A DNA stretch of 24,474 nt from Bdellovibrionia bacterium (GTDB lineage: Bacteria > Bdellovibrionota > UBA1018). Made by a program: the position numbers and the translations under genes. Positions 8,545 to 17,182 of this stretch are shown here, in pieces. The stretch is taken from positions 1 through 24,474 of the forward strand of contig JBMSSC010000031.1 in the NCBI GenBank assembly GCA_049424145.1. Direction: 5' to 3'. The notes under the pieces were generated by a model. It had not been told where the DNA came from. It did not search any database and saw nothing but the letters and a program-made list of their open reading frames with translations. Each line of letters starts with the position of its first letter. Within the stretch, counting starts at the first letter, position 1.

Positions 8545-9321
8545 TTAGACCACCTTTGCTTCTTCGTGGAGCAGACGAACCAGTTCTTTTGCCTGAGCAT
8601 CCGGGGTGCCACTGATCTTTTTTCCAGCCTGCTTGGGGGGAGGTAATTGAAAGTTTTTGTAACGAACCTTTTGATGGGCTTCTGAGGTGCCCACGTCACT
8701 GGCGGAGAGAACTTTGATCTCTTTCTTTTTGGCCTTCAGAATGTTGGGTAAGCTTGCATATCGGGGTTCGTTCATGCCCTTTTGTGCCGCAATGAGCACG
8801 GGGAGTGAAGCTTCAATCCATTCAAAGGCGCCGCCTTCGACTTCCCGTTTGCACTTGACCTGGGTGGGGCCGTACTCCACTTGCAGAGCCACGGTGACAC
8901 ACGGAATGTCCAAGTACTCAGCGATCAGTTGACTCACTTGGGCTGCGCCATCGTCAATGGCTTCTTTTCCCGTAAAAATTAAATCCACTTTTGCCTCTTT
9001 TTTCAAAGCCCCCGCAATGGCCTGAGCCACCCAGTTGGAATCTGCCGTCTCCGGCAGATCGATGCGGATGGCCGAATCGGCCCCCATGGCGAGAGCTTTT
9101 TGGATGCTCTCCACACAACGAGCAGGGCCCGCTGAGATCACCGTCACGGTGCTTCCCGGGGTTTTCTCCTTGAGTCGAAGGGCCTCCTCAATGGCAAATT
9201 CATCATAAGGAGAGATCATCCACTTGGCTCCGCTCAGATCCACACCACTTTGATCCGCGTTGAGTTTAATCTTCGTTTCCGTATCGGGTACCTGTTTGAT
9301 GCACAAATAGATATTCATCAT
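8545..9321 (-). CDS. etfB: Electron transfer flavoprotein beta subunit (start moved to ATG 9321 or 9318)
   Basis: MNIYLCIKQVPDT, PYDEFAIEEAL, ALAMGAD, GKEAIDD, NEPRY; family homology begins at MMNIY. Confidence 0.95.
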   Translation of the reverse strand: MMNIYLCIKQVPDTETKIKLNADQSGVDLSGAKWMISPYDEFAIEEALRLKEKTPGSTVTVISAGPARCVESIQKALAMGADSAIRIDLPETADSNWVAQAIAGALKKEAKVDLIFTGKEAIDDGAAQVSQLIAEYLDIPCVTVALQVEYGPTQVKCKREVEGGAFEWIEASLPVLIAAQKGMNEPRYASLPNILKAKKKEIKVLSASDVGTSEAHQKVRYKNFQLPPPKQAGKKISGTPDAQAKELVRLLHEEAKVV

Positions 9322-9325
9322 TTTC

Positions 9326-10501
9326 TTATACCGATCCTTTGAGTGCTTCTGCAACTTGTTTTAATACCGAGAGATCCGAACAAAAGGTGAATCGAACATA
9401 TCCTTCTCCTGCCTCTCCAAATCCATTACCCGGAGTTCCAACGATGCCCTGATTTTGGATTAGTTTTAACACATAATCCTCCGAGGACAAGCCCGGGGGC
9501 AGCTTTGCCCAGGCATAAAAAGTGGCCTCAGGAGACTGACACTGCAGTCCAGCGGCTTGGATTGCCGGGATGAGAATATCCCGACGCTTTTGGTAGATTT
9601 GTCGAAGTTCGGAGCAAAAAGACTCGCCATGGTTGAGGGCTTCAATTCCCGCTTCTTGGCAGGCGTTGAATGCGCCTGAGTCCACGTTGGTTTTAATTTG
9701 AGCCAGGCCTTGCACCAGGCGAGCGTTCCCGACTAAGGAGCCCAGTCTCCAGCCCGTCATATTGTAGGTTTTGGATAAACTATGAAACTCACATCCAATG
9801 TCCATCGCTCCAGGGGCTTCAAGGAAGCTCGGCTGTTTTTTGCCGTCAAAGTAGATCTCCGAATAGGCATTGTCGTGGCAGACGATGATTTGATGCTTTT
9901 TGGCAAAAGCCACCACTTCTTTGAAAAACTCCACCGTGGCACTCGCCGAGGTGGGGTTGTTCGGGTAGTTCAGAAACATCATCTTGACTTTCGGTCCAGA
10001 GGATACGAGTTGTTCCAGCTCGTTGAAGTCTGGGAGAAATTGGTTCTTCTCCAGGAGTTGAAAGCGAAGCGGAATTCCACCAGCAAAATAGGTGCTGGCC
10101 TGGTAGACCGGATAGCCTGGATCGGGAACCAAGACGGCTTCACCGGGATTCACAAACGCCAAGGGGAAGTGGGCAATGCCCTCTTTGGATCCAATCAAGG
10201 TGAGAACTTCGGACTCCGGTTTGACTTTCACTTGAAAGCGGTTTTCATACCAACGAGCCACGGCTTTTCTAAACTCCATCATTCCCCAGTACGAGGGGTA
10301 TTGATGATTCTCAGGCTTCTTTGAAGCCGAAACGAGGCGATCAATGACAAACTGGGGCGTGGGCAGATCTGGATCTCCAATGCCCAGAGAAATCAGGGTT
10401 CGCCCTTTTTTGAGTTCTTCCTGTTTGATTTGATCAATCTTAGCAAAAAGATAAGGAGGAAGTTTTTTTAGGCGATCAGCCAAAGTAAAAGAGTCGTTCA
10501 T
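9326..10501 (-). CDS. dapL: LL-diaminopimelate aminotransferase (class I PLP aminotransferase)
   Basis: LPPYLFA, LGIGDPD, LIGSKEG, NYPNNPT, HDNAY, SLSKTYNMTGWR; follows dapA-dapB; AGGA SD upstream. Confidence 0.88.
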   Translation of the reverse strand: MNDSFTLADRLKKLPPYLFAKIDQIKQEELKKGRTLISLGIGDPDLPTPQFVIDRLVSASKKPENHQYPSYWGMMEFRKAVARWYENRFQVKVKPESEVLTLIGSKEGIAHFPLAFVNPGEAVLVPDPGYPVYQASTYFAGGIPLRFQLLEKNQFLPDFNELEQLVSSGPKVKMMFLNYPNNPTSASATVEFFKEVVAFAKKHQIIVCHDNAYSEIYFDGKKQPSFLEAPGAMDIGCEFHSLSKTYNMTGWRLGSLVGNARLVQGLAQIKTNVDSGAFNACQEAGIEALNHGESFCSELRQIYQKRRDILIPAIQAAGLQCQSPEATFYAWAKLPPGLSSEDYVLKLIQNQGIVGTPGNGFGEAGEGYVRFTFCSDLSVLKQVAEALKGSV

Positions 10502-10504
10502 GGT

Positions 10505-11236
10505 TTAGGAGTCCTTTCGAATTAAAGCGTGAAAATACTGCTCCATCCCTAAGAGTCCATGAGGGACTTTTTGGGCGCGGTTCTGCGCCAACCACAGAGC
10601 AGCTTGAATGGCTCCACGAGCAAAGATGGAGCGATCCTGAGCGTGGTGTTTCAAAGTGATTTGATCCGAAGCCCCGTAGAAGGTCACCTCATGGTCTCCA
10701 ATGACTTCTCCTGCGCGGATGCTGTGGGTTTGAATGGAGGTGGGCTCGGTGGCTCGGATGGCTTTTTGTAAGGCCAAGGCCGTTCCACTGGGAGCATCCA
10801 GCTTGTGACGGTGATGGGTTTCGACTAGAACGGGAGTGTACCCCAGGCGTTCTAATAAGGCCGAGGACTGCTGTAAGATGAGCGCTAAGGCTGAAACCCC
10901 TGTGGAAAAGTTCGAGGCTTGAAGAACTGGTGTTTTTGAGCCCAGCTCCACTAAGAGTTTCTCGTCCTCTGGGAGCCACCCCGTGCTTCCTACTACCAGA
11001 GCAGGAAGTCGCATCGCAGTTTTTTTGGACTTCAATAGCATCTCCTCCGCCAGTTTTTTAAAAAAAACAGGATTCGAAAAGTCAATCACGACATCGGTTT
11101 GAAACAGGGAGTCCAATGAGTCCCCGCGGTTGACCTGCGCCGCCACTTCAGCAACACGGGTAAACTCCTCTCGAATCAAACGCACAACGGATTGACCCAT
11201 TCGTCCTCTGGCACCGAGAACTCCGATTTGAATCAA
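10505..11236 (-). CDS. dapB: 4-hydroxy-tetrahydrodipicolinate reductase (start moved to TTG 11236)
   Basis: GARGRMG, IDFS, GSTG, ASNFSTG, ETHHRHKLDAPSGTA, FARGA; AAGGAGG SD lies 5 nt before TTG 11236. Confidence 0.93.
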   Translation of the reverse strand: MIQIGVLGARGRMGQSVVRLIREEFTRVAEVAAQVNRGDSLDSLFQTDVVIDFSNPVFFKKLAEEMLLKSKKTAMRLPALVVGSTGWLPEDEKLLVELGSKTPVLQASNFSTGVSALALILQQSSALLERLGYTPVLVETHHRHKLDAPSGTALALQKAIRATEPTSIQTHSIRAGEVIGDHEVTFYGASDQITLKHHAQDRSIFARGAIQAALWLAQNRAQKVPHGLLGMEQYFHALIRKDS

Positions 11237-11277
11237 AGCAGCCTCCTTATCGCATCCCCTGGGAGGGACTTTTAACG

Positions 11278-12195
11278 TCATACTGACGGAGTTTGATCTA
11301 GGCCACACCGCTTGAGGCTCCTTTGCAGAATCTCTTGGCTCTGTTCTGTGAGTGGAGCCAAGGGTCGGCGGACCCATGAGCGGCAGAGGCCTCGTTGCTC
11401 AAGTGCAAATTTAATCGGTGTGGGATTCGATTCAATAAAAAGATCACGAAATAAAGGGTAGTATTTGCGATGCAGCTGACGCGCCCTTTTGATGTCTTGG
11501 TGATGAAAAGCCGAATAGAGCTCCACCATCGCCTGAGGGATTAGATTGCTTGTGACGGAAACCACGCCCGTGGCTCCGAGGCAGAGCGCAGGTAAGAAAG
11601 TGGCATCATCCCCCGACAGGAGGTTGAGCGACAGGTTTTGCATTCCAAGCTCATCAAAAATGGAGCTTAAAAATCCAAGGTCCCCAGTCGCCTCGTTCAG
11701 AGAGCGAATTCTTGGGTGTCGCGCCAGTTTTGCAATCGTCTGAGGCGTGAGGCTCACCCCTGTTCTTCCTGGAACATTATAAAGCATCAAATCACACTCA
11801 ATCTGATCCGCAATAGCAAGAAAATGGTTTTCGAGCCCCGATTGAGAAGGCTTGTTGTAGTAAGGGGTGACGACTAAAACTCCATCCACTCCTTGGTCCG
11901 AAGCCCAGCGTGAGAGCTGAATGCTCTCCTGGGTGTCATTGGTTCCTGTGCCCGCATAGACCTGCACGGAGGAGTCTTTGAGTTCCTCGAGAGTCGTGCG
12001 AATGAGTTCCATCCGCTCTTGGAGCGTTAAAGTCACGGCTTCTCCCGTGGAACCACAGGGAATAACCCCATTGACTTGAGCTGCTTTTTGCTCTCGTAGC
12101 AGGGCTCGAAAGGCCGGGAGATCCAGTTGTTGGTTCTCATCGAAGGGGGTCACTAAAGCCGTCCAGATCCCGTGCGTACCTTGCTTTGCTTGCAT
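11278..12195 (-). CDS. dapA: 4-hydroxy-tetrahydrodipicolinate synthase (start ATG 12195); Schiff-base Lys position reads Asn
   Basis: TALVTPF, GSTGE, TPYYNKP, LYNVPGRTG, SGDD, ESNP.PIK; the usual KEATG motif reads NEATG. Confidence 0.92.
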   Translation of the reverse strand: MQAKQGTHGIWTALVTPFDENQQLDLPAFRALLREQKAAQVNGVIPCGSTGEAVTLTLQERMELIRTTLEELKDSSVQVYAGTGTNDTQESIQLSRWASDQGVDGVLVVTPYYNKPSQSGLENHFLAIADQIECDLMLYNVPGRTGVSLTPQTIAKLARHPRIRSLNEATGDLGFLSSIFDELGMQNLSLNLLSGDDATFLPALCLGATGVVSVTSNLIPQAMVELYSAFHHQDIKRARQLHRKYYPLFRDLFIESNPTPIKFALEQRGLCRSWVRRPLAPLTEQSQEILQRSLKRCGLDQTPSV

Positions 12196-12262
12196 AGAAA
12201 CTTTCTTAACACAACTTCCGAAGTGGAATAAGAAAAAGAATCTCAGTCTGGGCGGGAACGGC

Positions 12263-12436
12263 TTAGTGCGAAACGAACGGGGCAGGTGGCTTTTCGCTTG
12301 CTGTTGGCAGAGGTAAACTCGCCTCATCTTTCTTTTGGGGCAGAACCTCTAGAGGGGGCAGCGGAGGACCCTTGACGCCGCAAGCGCTGAAGATCGAGAG
12401 CGACACCCAGAAAAACCACTGAACCTTTGAACTCAT
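12263..12436 (-). CDS. Small lipoprotein, LptM/YifL/LppL-like
   Basis: Hydrophobic signal, lipobox FSAC, then CGVKGPPLPP resembling the CGxKGPLxxP family motif; about 57 aa from ATG 12436 with AAGG SD; this family often neighbours dap/lys genes. Confidence 0.75.
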   Translation of the reverse strand: MSSKVQWFFWVSLSIFSACGVKGPPLPPLEVLPQKKDEASLPLPTASEKPPAPFVSH

Positions 12437-12495
12437 GTGTGAACCTTGATGTGAACTCATTTTTAAATCCATGTGCATCCCGCAAACCACCTCAA

Positions 12496-13932
12496 TTAGA
12501 AACGCAGCGTTAACCCTAAGCTGATGTCATCAAAGCCGCCATTGAAACGGGCAAACCATCCCGGTCCCACTTGTAGGAGAAGTCCCCCTCCGATTGCCGG
12601 TAGGATCGAGTTTAGTGCCACCAGTGCACTACTCACTCCCGAGGATTGGGCAATCACATTGGCTTGAAGAACGCCTCCGTAGAAGTAAATTCCAAACGAT
12701 TCGCTAAAGAAGATGTTGTAGCGCAGGGCTCCTAAAAAAGACAAGAGGGTGTAGGAGTCTCCTGCGGTTCCAAAATTAATGGCTTTATAAATGAACCCCC
12801 CAGCTTCCAGAGCAACGGAGTCCTGCAGGCGCGCGGACTCAAAAATCACACGGCGACCTACGGTGAGGCCATATTTGAAATGCCCAGCAGCAAAACTGTA
12901 GTAGCCACCTCCAGTCGGCATGCGGTTTGTGGTGTACCCAAAACCAGCGCTCACCCAGTGAGCGGAGCGATCCAGCAATTTGATTTCATCTATTGAGGCA
13001 GATTCATTTTTCGAAGAATCCAACGGCCCCTCGTCAAAGAACTCCTCCTGGGTGCGATTGGAGTTCTGAGGGGGATTCAGAGTTTCCGGAGGAGGGGGGG
13101 GTTGAGGAGGAGCAGGTGGCGGGATTTTTTTCTCGAGGGTCTCCAGAGTTTTTTCCAGATTTTTTTGTGAGGCTTCCGCGTTCTTGCTGGATGTCTCCAG
13201 CGTGCTCATTTGAGATTCAATCTCACTTAATTTTTTCTCTAAGTGGGCCAGCTTACGTTGCTTCAGAATTTCTGAAATGGACCTAGGTCTGCCTCGCTCA
13301 TCTCGTTCAGAATAAAGAGCATCCATGGCTTCTTTTTCTGCGATCGTCTCCAGGGTCGTGCCCGCATCCAGCTCAGGATCCAAGCGGAGGACTTCTTCAG
13401 CAAGCTCTGAAACTCTCCAAGAGGGATCTTCAAATTCAGCCTCTGGAATCTCAAAGAGGTCGGATTCGTACTCCAGGTCACTTTGCTTGACGATGGCAAC
13501 ATACGATTCCTCCGGTTGCAAGGCGTCATAACCGGGGTACTTTTGGATGATCTGAGCCACCACGGTCTCATCCTTCGGCTGGGAGCGGATCACGCGAAGT
13601 CCCATGATGGAGCTAGCCTCGTTTTTAATCAGCAAAACCTGAGTGGGTCTGGGAACATCGGCATCATCGAATTTCAATAGGTAAAGGCGCTTGGATTCAG
13701 CGTATTTTAACACGCGAACCCGGAATTGCCGGGCTTGAACGGGAAGGGCTTTTTTTGGATCCGGCTGGGGATCGGATGGGTTTTTAAGATTCCCTGGCGA
13801 GTCAAAAGAAGACTGACGTAAAGTCTGTGACTCAATGCTGCTCTGCGCAAAGCTCGGGTTCACTCCGCCGGTCGAAAAAAATGAGAGGAGAAAAAAAAAG
13901 ACTAGAACGTGAAATCCTATTTTGGAAGCCAT
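12496..13932 (-). CDS. Secreted protein with coiled coil, proline-rich linker and probable C-terminal outer-membrane beta-barrel (start 13932 or 13965)
   Basis: Signal peptide (..PSFA-Q), heptad-like LEKKLSEIESQMSTLE..LEKTLETLEKK, PPPAPPQPPPPP, alternating Gly/aromatic strands and terminal Phe (LGLTLRF). Confidence 0.7.
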   Translation of the reverse strand: MASKIGFHVLVFFFLLSFFSTGGVNPSFAQSSIESQTLRQSSFDSPGNLKNPSDPQPDPKKALPVQARQFRVRVLKYAESKRLYLLKFDDADVPRPTQVLLIKNEASSIMGLRVIRSQPKDETVVAQIIQKYPGYDALQPEESYVAIVKQSDLEYESDLFEIPEAEFEDPSWRVSELAEEVLRLDPELDAGTTLETIAEKEAMDALYSERDERGRPRSISEILKQRKLAHLEKKLSEIESQMSTLETSSKNAEASQKNLEKTLETLEKKIPPPAPPQPPPPPETLNPPQNSNRTQEEFFDEGPLDSSKNESASIDEIKLLDRSAHWVSAGFGYTTNRMPTGGGYYSFAAGHFKYGLTVGRRVIFESARLQDSVALEAGGFIYKAINFGTAGDSYTLLSFLGALRYNIFFSESFGIYFYGGVLQANVIAQSSGVSSALVALNSILPAIGGGLLLQVGPGWFARFNGGFDDISLGLTLRF

Positions 13933-14135
13933 CTCGATCCTTTTCCACGATCCGATCGGATTCATCTGAAGCGCCTCTGCGTGCTTTGCATGAGGCGGTT
14001 GCGCTGGGCTGCTTTGGTTTCCTTCTTTTTCGTAGTATACAATTAAACAACGAAATAGCTATCTTGAGCTTTAAATATCCACATTCAATGTTGGATTGAG
14101 TACTCAAGATGACTCAACTTCAGGGATACTCAGGG

Positions 14136-14180
14136 AAAAAAAAAGAGGAGTCAAACTGGATATCCAGCCTGACTCCTCTT
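14136..14180 (-). terminator. Intrinsic terminator of the citrate synthase gene
   Basis: GAGGAGTCA/TGACTCCTC outer stem plus CTGGA/TCCAG inner stem, with A9 on the + strand (U9 on the minus transcript), 21 nt after the stop codon. Confidence 0.9.
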
Positions 14181-14201
14181 GAGGATTGATTTTAAACCGA
14201 C

Positions 14202-15332
14202 TTATCGTTGGTGGATCGGCACCAGTTTTCGGTCCGTCGCTCCGGTGTAAAAGGCGCGTGGGCGATAAATCCGATTATTGGCGTATTGCTCGAGAACTTG
14301 AGCAGTCCACCCTGAAATTCGGCTTACGGCAAAGATCGGAGTGAAGTCACGGGGTCTGAGTCCTAAAGCCGTGTAGACTAAGCCACTGAAGAAGTCGACG
14401 TTCGGCATGAGCCCTTTTTTCAGTTCCATCTGCTCCTGAATGCGCACGAGCATGCGATGGTAGTCCTCCAACCCTGCTTTTTTACAGGTTTGGAGCGAGA
14501 GTTCCTTTAAAATTCGCGCACGAGGGTCCCCATTTTTGTAGACGCGGTGCCCAATGCCCATGACCTTCTTTTTTGCATGAACGGCATCATCAATGAAGGC
14601 ATCGACTTTCTCATAGGAACCAATGTCCTTTAACATCAGCATCACTTGTTCATTGGCACCGCCATGGAGGGGGCCTTTTAAGGAGCCAATGGCCGCAGTG
14701 ATCGCGCTGTAGTAATCCGTTGTGCTGGAGGAAACCACGCGGGCAGTAAAAGCTGAGGCATTGAGTTCGTGATCGGCGTGAAGCACGAGGGCCGTATCAA
14801 AGAGTTTTTCCTCCTCAGCCGTTGGTGCTTTTCCTCGGATCATATTCAAAAAGTTCCAAGCCAAGCTCTTTCCTGCTTCCGGGGCAATGGGTTTTTGGCC
14901 TTGTTCGAGGCGTGAGAGAGTGGCGACGATCGTGCCTAATGCAGCCGTGAGAGCCAAAGCTTTGGAGCGAACAGCAGGCAGACTAATGTCCTCGGCCGTG
15001 GCATCAAAAAGGGCATAATAAGAAACGGCAGTGCGAAGCTTAGCCATCGGATGGGCTTGAGTTGCAGCAATCCCCTCAAGCAAAGTGGCGAACTGAGGTT
15101 GAAGCTTCTGATGCGTGCTTAAACTGGCCTTGAGTGCATCGAGTTCAGCTTTCTTCGGGAGCTCTGCGTTCCATAAAAGGGAAATGACCTCTTCAAAGCC
15201 GCAGTGAGCCGCAAGGTCTTCAATGGTGTATCCACGGTAAAGAAGCGTTGTGTCATGAATGGTGCTAATCTCGCTCGTACATGCGACAATGTTCTCTAAA
15301 CCTTTGTTTGCGGTCTCTGGGGCTTGGGCCAT
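14202..15332 (-). CDS. gltA: Citrate synthase, short type (2-methylcitrate synthase not excluded)
   Basis: KGLE, LLYRGY, HADHELNAS, GPLHGGAN, GIGHRVYK..DPR, PNVDF, RIYRP; AAGGA SD. Confidence 0.88.
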   Translation of the reverse strand: MAQAPETANKGLENIVACTSEISTIHDTTLLYRGYTIEDLAAHCGFEEVISLLWNAELPKKAELDALKASLSTHQKLQPQFATLLEGIAATQAHPMAKLRTAVSYYALFDATAEDISLPAVRSKALALTAALGTIVATLSRLEQGQKPIAPEAGKSLAWNFLNMIRGKAPTAEEEKLFDTALVLHADHELNASAFTARVVSSSTTDYYSAITAAIGSLKGPLHGGANEQVMLMLKDIGSYEKVDAFIDDAVHAKKKVMGIGHRVYKNGDPRARILKELSLQTCKKAGLEDYHRMLVRIQEQMELKKGLMPNVDFFSGLVYTALGLRPRDFTPIFAVSRISGWTAQVLEQYANNRIYRPRAFYTGATDRKLVPIHQR

Positions 15333-15586
15333 AAGATATCCTTCTTCACTTCTGAGCAGTTCAAACTCATTTTATCAATGATTACTGCGTTTATTTTGGG
15401 TTCGTAGGGTTTCGCCCAATTGAGTTCGGGCTTTGCTCACACGTCTTGCCTCTGGAGTTTATTTCCAAAATCTCTGACGGTGTAATGTTAATTTACAGGA
15501 TCGCCCAATTCAGTGCAAATCGATTCTTGTCTTGTCAGAATCCCTTTTTCTGTGACAGAAAATGGGAAGCAGGGGGTCATTACAAG

Positions 15587-16252
15587 TTGCCAAACGAAAA
15601 AATTTTCATTGCTGTGGCTGGAAATATTGGGTCGGGTAAAACCACGCTCACCACGATGCTTTCCGAAAAGTTTGGATGGACCCCGCACTTTGAGGTGGTT
15701 CAAGACAATCCGTATCTGGCTGATTTTTATCAGGATATGGCTCGCTGGGCCTTTCCGCTTCAAATTTTTTTTCTGACTCATCGCTTCACGGCGCATCGCC
15801 AAGTGAGCCAGGGCACTTGCAGTGCGATTCAGGATCGAAGCATTTACGAGGACGCTCATATTTTTGCTCGAAATCTCTATGAGCAAGGGGTGATGCAAGA
15901 GCGGGATTACCGAACCTATCAAGAGCTCTATCAAACGCTGTGTGGGTTTCTGACGCCTCCTGATTTGGTCGTGTATTTGAAAAAATCAGTTCCCTCGTTG
16001 GAGAAGCAAATTGCCAAAAGAGCCCGGGCGTATGAGCAAAAGATTCCTACGAATTATTTAACCAGTTTGAACGACTACTATAATGACTGGATGGAAACCT
16101 ACTCGCTGGGCAAAAAGTTGATCATCCCCAGTGATGATTTGGATTTTTTAAAAAACCAAAATGACTTTGATTCATTATCCGAGCAGATTTTTGAGGCCCT
16201 AGGGCAACGCGACCTTTTTTTGACTCCGGAGCGAGGAAAAAAAAGAACATAG
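15587..16252 (+). CDS. Deoxynucleoside kinase (start moved to TTG 15587)
   Basis: IAVAGNIGSGKTT P-loop, NPYLADFY, LQIFFL, DRSIYED, PDLVVYL; AGGGGG SD at 15571-15576. Confidence 0.92.
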   Translation: MPNEKIFIAVAGNIGSGKTTLTTMLSEKFGWTPHFEVVQDNPYLADFYQDMARWAFPLQIFFLTHRFTAHRQVSQGTCSAIQDRSIYEDAHIFARNLYEQGVMQERDYRTYQELYQTLCGFLTPPDLVVYLKKSVPSLEKQIAKRARAYEQKIPTNYLTSLNDYYNDWMETYSLGKKLIIPSDDLDFLKNQNDFDSLSEQIFEALGQRDLFLTPERGKKRT

Positions 16253-16422
16253 CTCAGTCACCACGCAGGGCCGGGGGGCAAAAAACGCTCAGGCTGGATT
16301 CAGCTCCAGCCCGCATGTCCGAAGGGAGCTTCAGATTCCCTCGATCGGGTTTCTGCACTGCGTTCTTCTGTCGACCTCCTCCCTCTTCATGAGGCTAAGA
16401 GGGAAAATTCTGCCGGAGAGTA

Positions 16423-16449
16423 TTAAGTTTCCCACCTGCTGACCGAAAC
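16423..16449 (+). promoter_or_regulatory. Putative sigma28 (FliA)-type promoter
   Basis: TTAAGTTT-N11-ACCGAAAC versus consensus TAAAGTTT-N11-GCCGATAA, 16 nt before the ATG and its AAGGAGG SD. Confidence 0.55.
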
Positions 16450-16465
16450 AGCTGAAGGAGGGGTC

Positions 16466-17182
16466 ATGAAAAGGCAAATCAAAAAAGCAGCGATCTGTGC
16501 ACTGATGATGTTACCGTTGACGGCTTGCTCCTCCTCGGGCGTGAAAGATGAAGCCGATGGTGGAGAGGACATCTCTCGGATTCCCTCGGATGCAGGAACC
16601 GATGCACTTCCAAAACCTTCAGCCGAGTTGGAGGGTCAGGGTGCCAGCACCGCTGCGCCCGTCTCCTTCAGTGGCGAGTCCATGAACTACACGGTTCAGG
16701 CGGGCGATACGCTCATGAAGATCGCTTTTGAAACCTATGGTGACCTATCGCTTTGGAGACGCATTTTAGAAAAAAACCGCAGTAAAATCTCATCGCCTGG
16801 AGCCTTACGCGAGGGGATTGTGCTTGAGTTAGAGAAACCCCAAGACGCCGTGGTGATTGAGAGAAACGGGGAAAAGTACCAGATTCAACCGGGAGATACG
16901 CTCGGGAAAATTGCAAACTCGGTGTATGGAACTCCAAAAAAATGGAAGAAAATTTGGCAAAATAACCCCAAGCTCATCCGAGATCCGAATAAAATTTATG
17001 CAGGTTTTCTTTTGTACTATGTTCAGGATGAGTCCCTGAAGGCTCAAAACCAGAGTCAAATCTCTGGGTCGCAACAGGTGCGATTCGCGCCTACGCCGTC
17101 AGGGATTGCCCCAGAAACCGACGCTCAAGGTGTAAGTGCGCCTGTGCCTCCTTCCGCTGAGGGTTCATCTCAGAATGAATAG
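16466..17182 (+). CDS. Lipoprotein with two LysM peptidoglycan-binding domains
   Basis: Lipobox LTAC; YTVQAGDTLMKIA..YGD and YQIQPGDTLGKIA..YG..W..I..N..I.DPNKI LysM repeats; strong SD. Confidence 0.92.
   Translation: MKRQIKKAAICALMMLPLTACSSSGVKDEADGGEDISRIPSDAGTDALPKPSAELEGQGASTAAPVSFSGESMNYTVQAGDTLMKIAFETYGDLSLWRRILEKNRSKISSPGALREGIVLELEKPQDAVVIERNGEKYQIQPGDTLGKIANSVYGTPKKWKKIWQNNPKLIRDPNKIYAGFLLYYVQDESLKAQNQSQISGSQQVRFAPTPSGIAPETDAQGVSAPVPPSAEGSSQNE

Noticed and set aside
9782..10324. Long antisense ORFs (this 180-aa one, also 7727-8113, 15488-15934 and 18134-18601)
   Set aside because: They lie largely opposite well-supported genes and show no motifs or translation signals.
11237..11377. 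N-terminal extensions given by the ORF track for dapB (also dapA, etfB, the deoxynucleoside kinase, the second LysM gene and the toxin)
   Set aside because: They overlap neighbouring genes or regulatory DNA and lack family homology; downstream starts fit SD positions or motif onset better.
12196..12262. Lysine riboswitch upstream of dapA
   Set aside because: The 67-nt gap is far too short and shows no L-box structure.
13088..13123. G-rich tract as a possible G-quadruplex
   Set aside because: Fully explained by proline codons on the minus strand.
16253..16410. Structured ncRNA or riboswitch in the kinase-LysM intergenic region
   Set aside because: Only short hairpins (GCTGGA/TCCAGC; TCCCTCTT/AAGAGGGA) and no recognisable family consensus; a covariance-model search would be needed.
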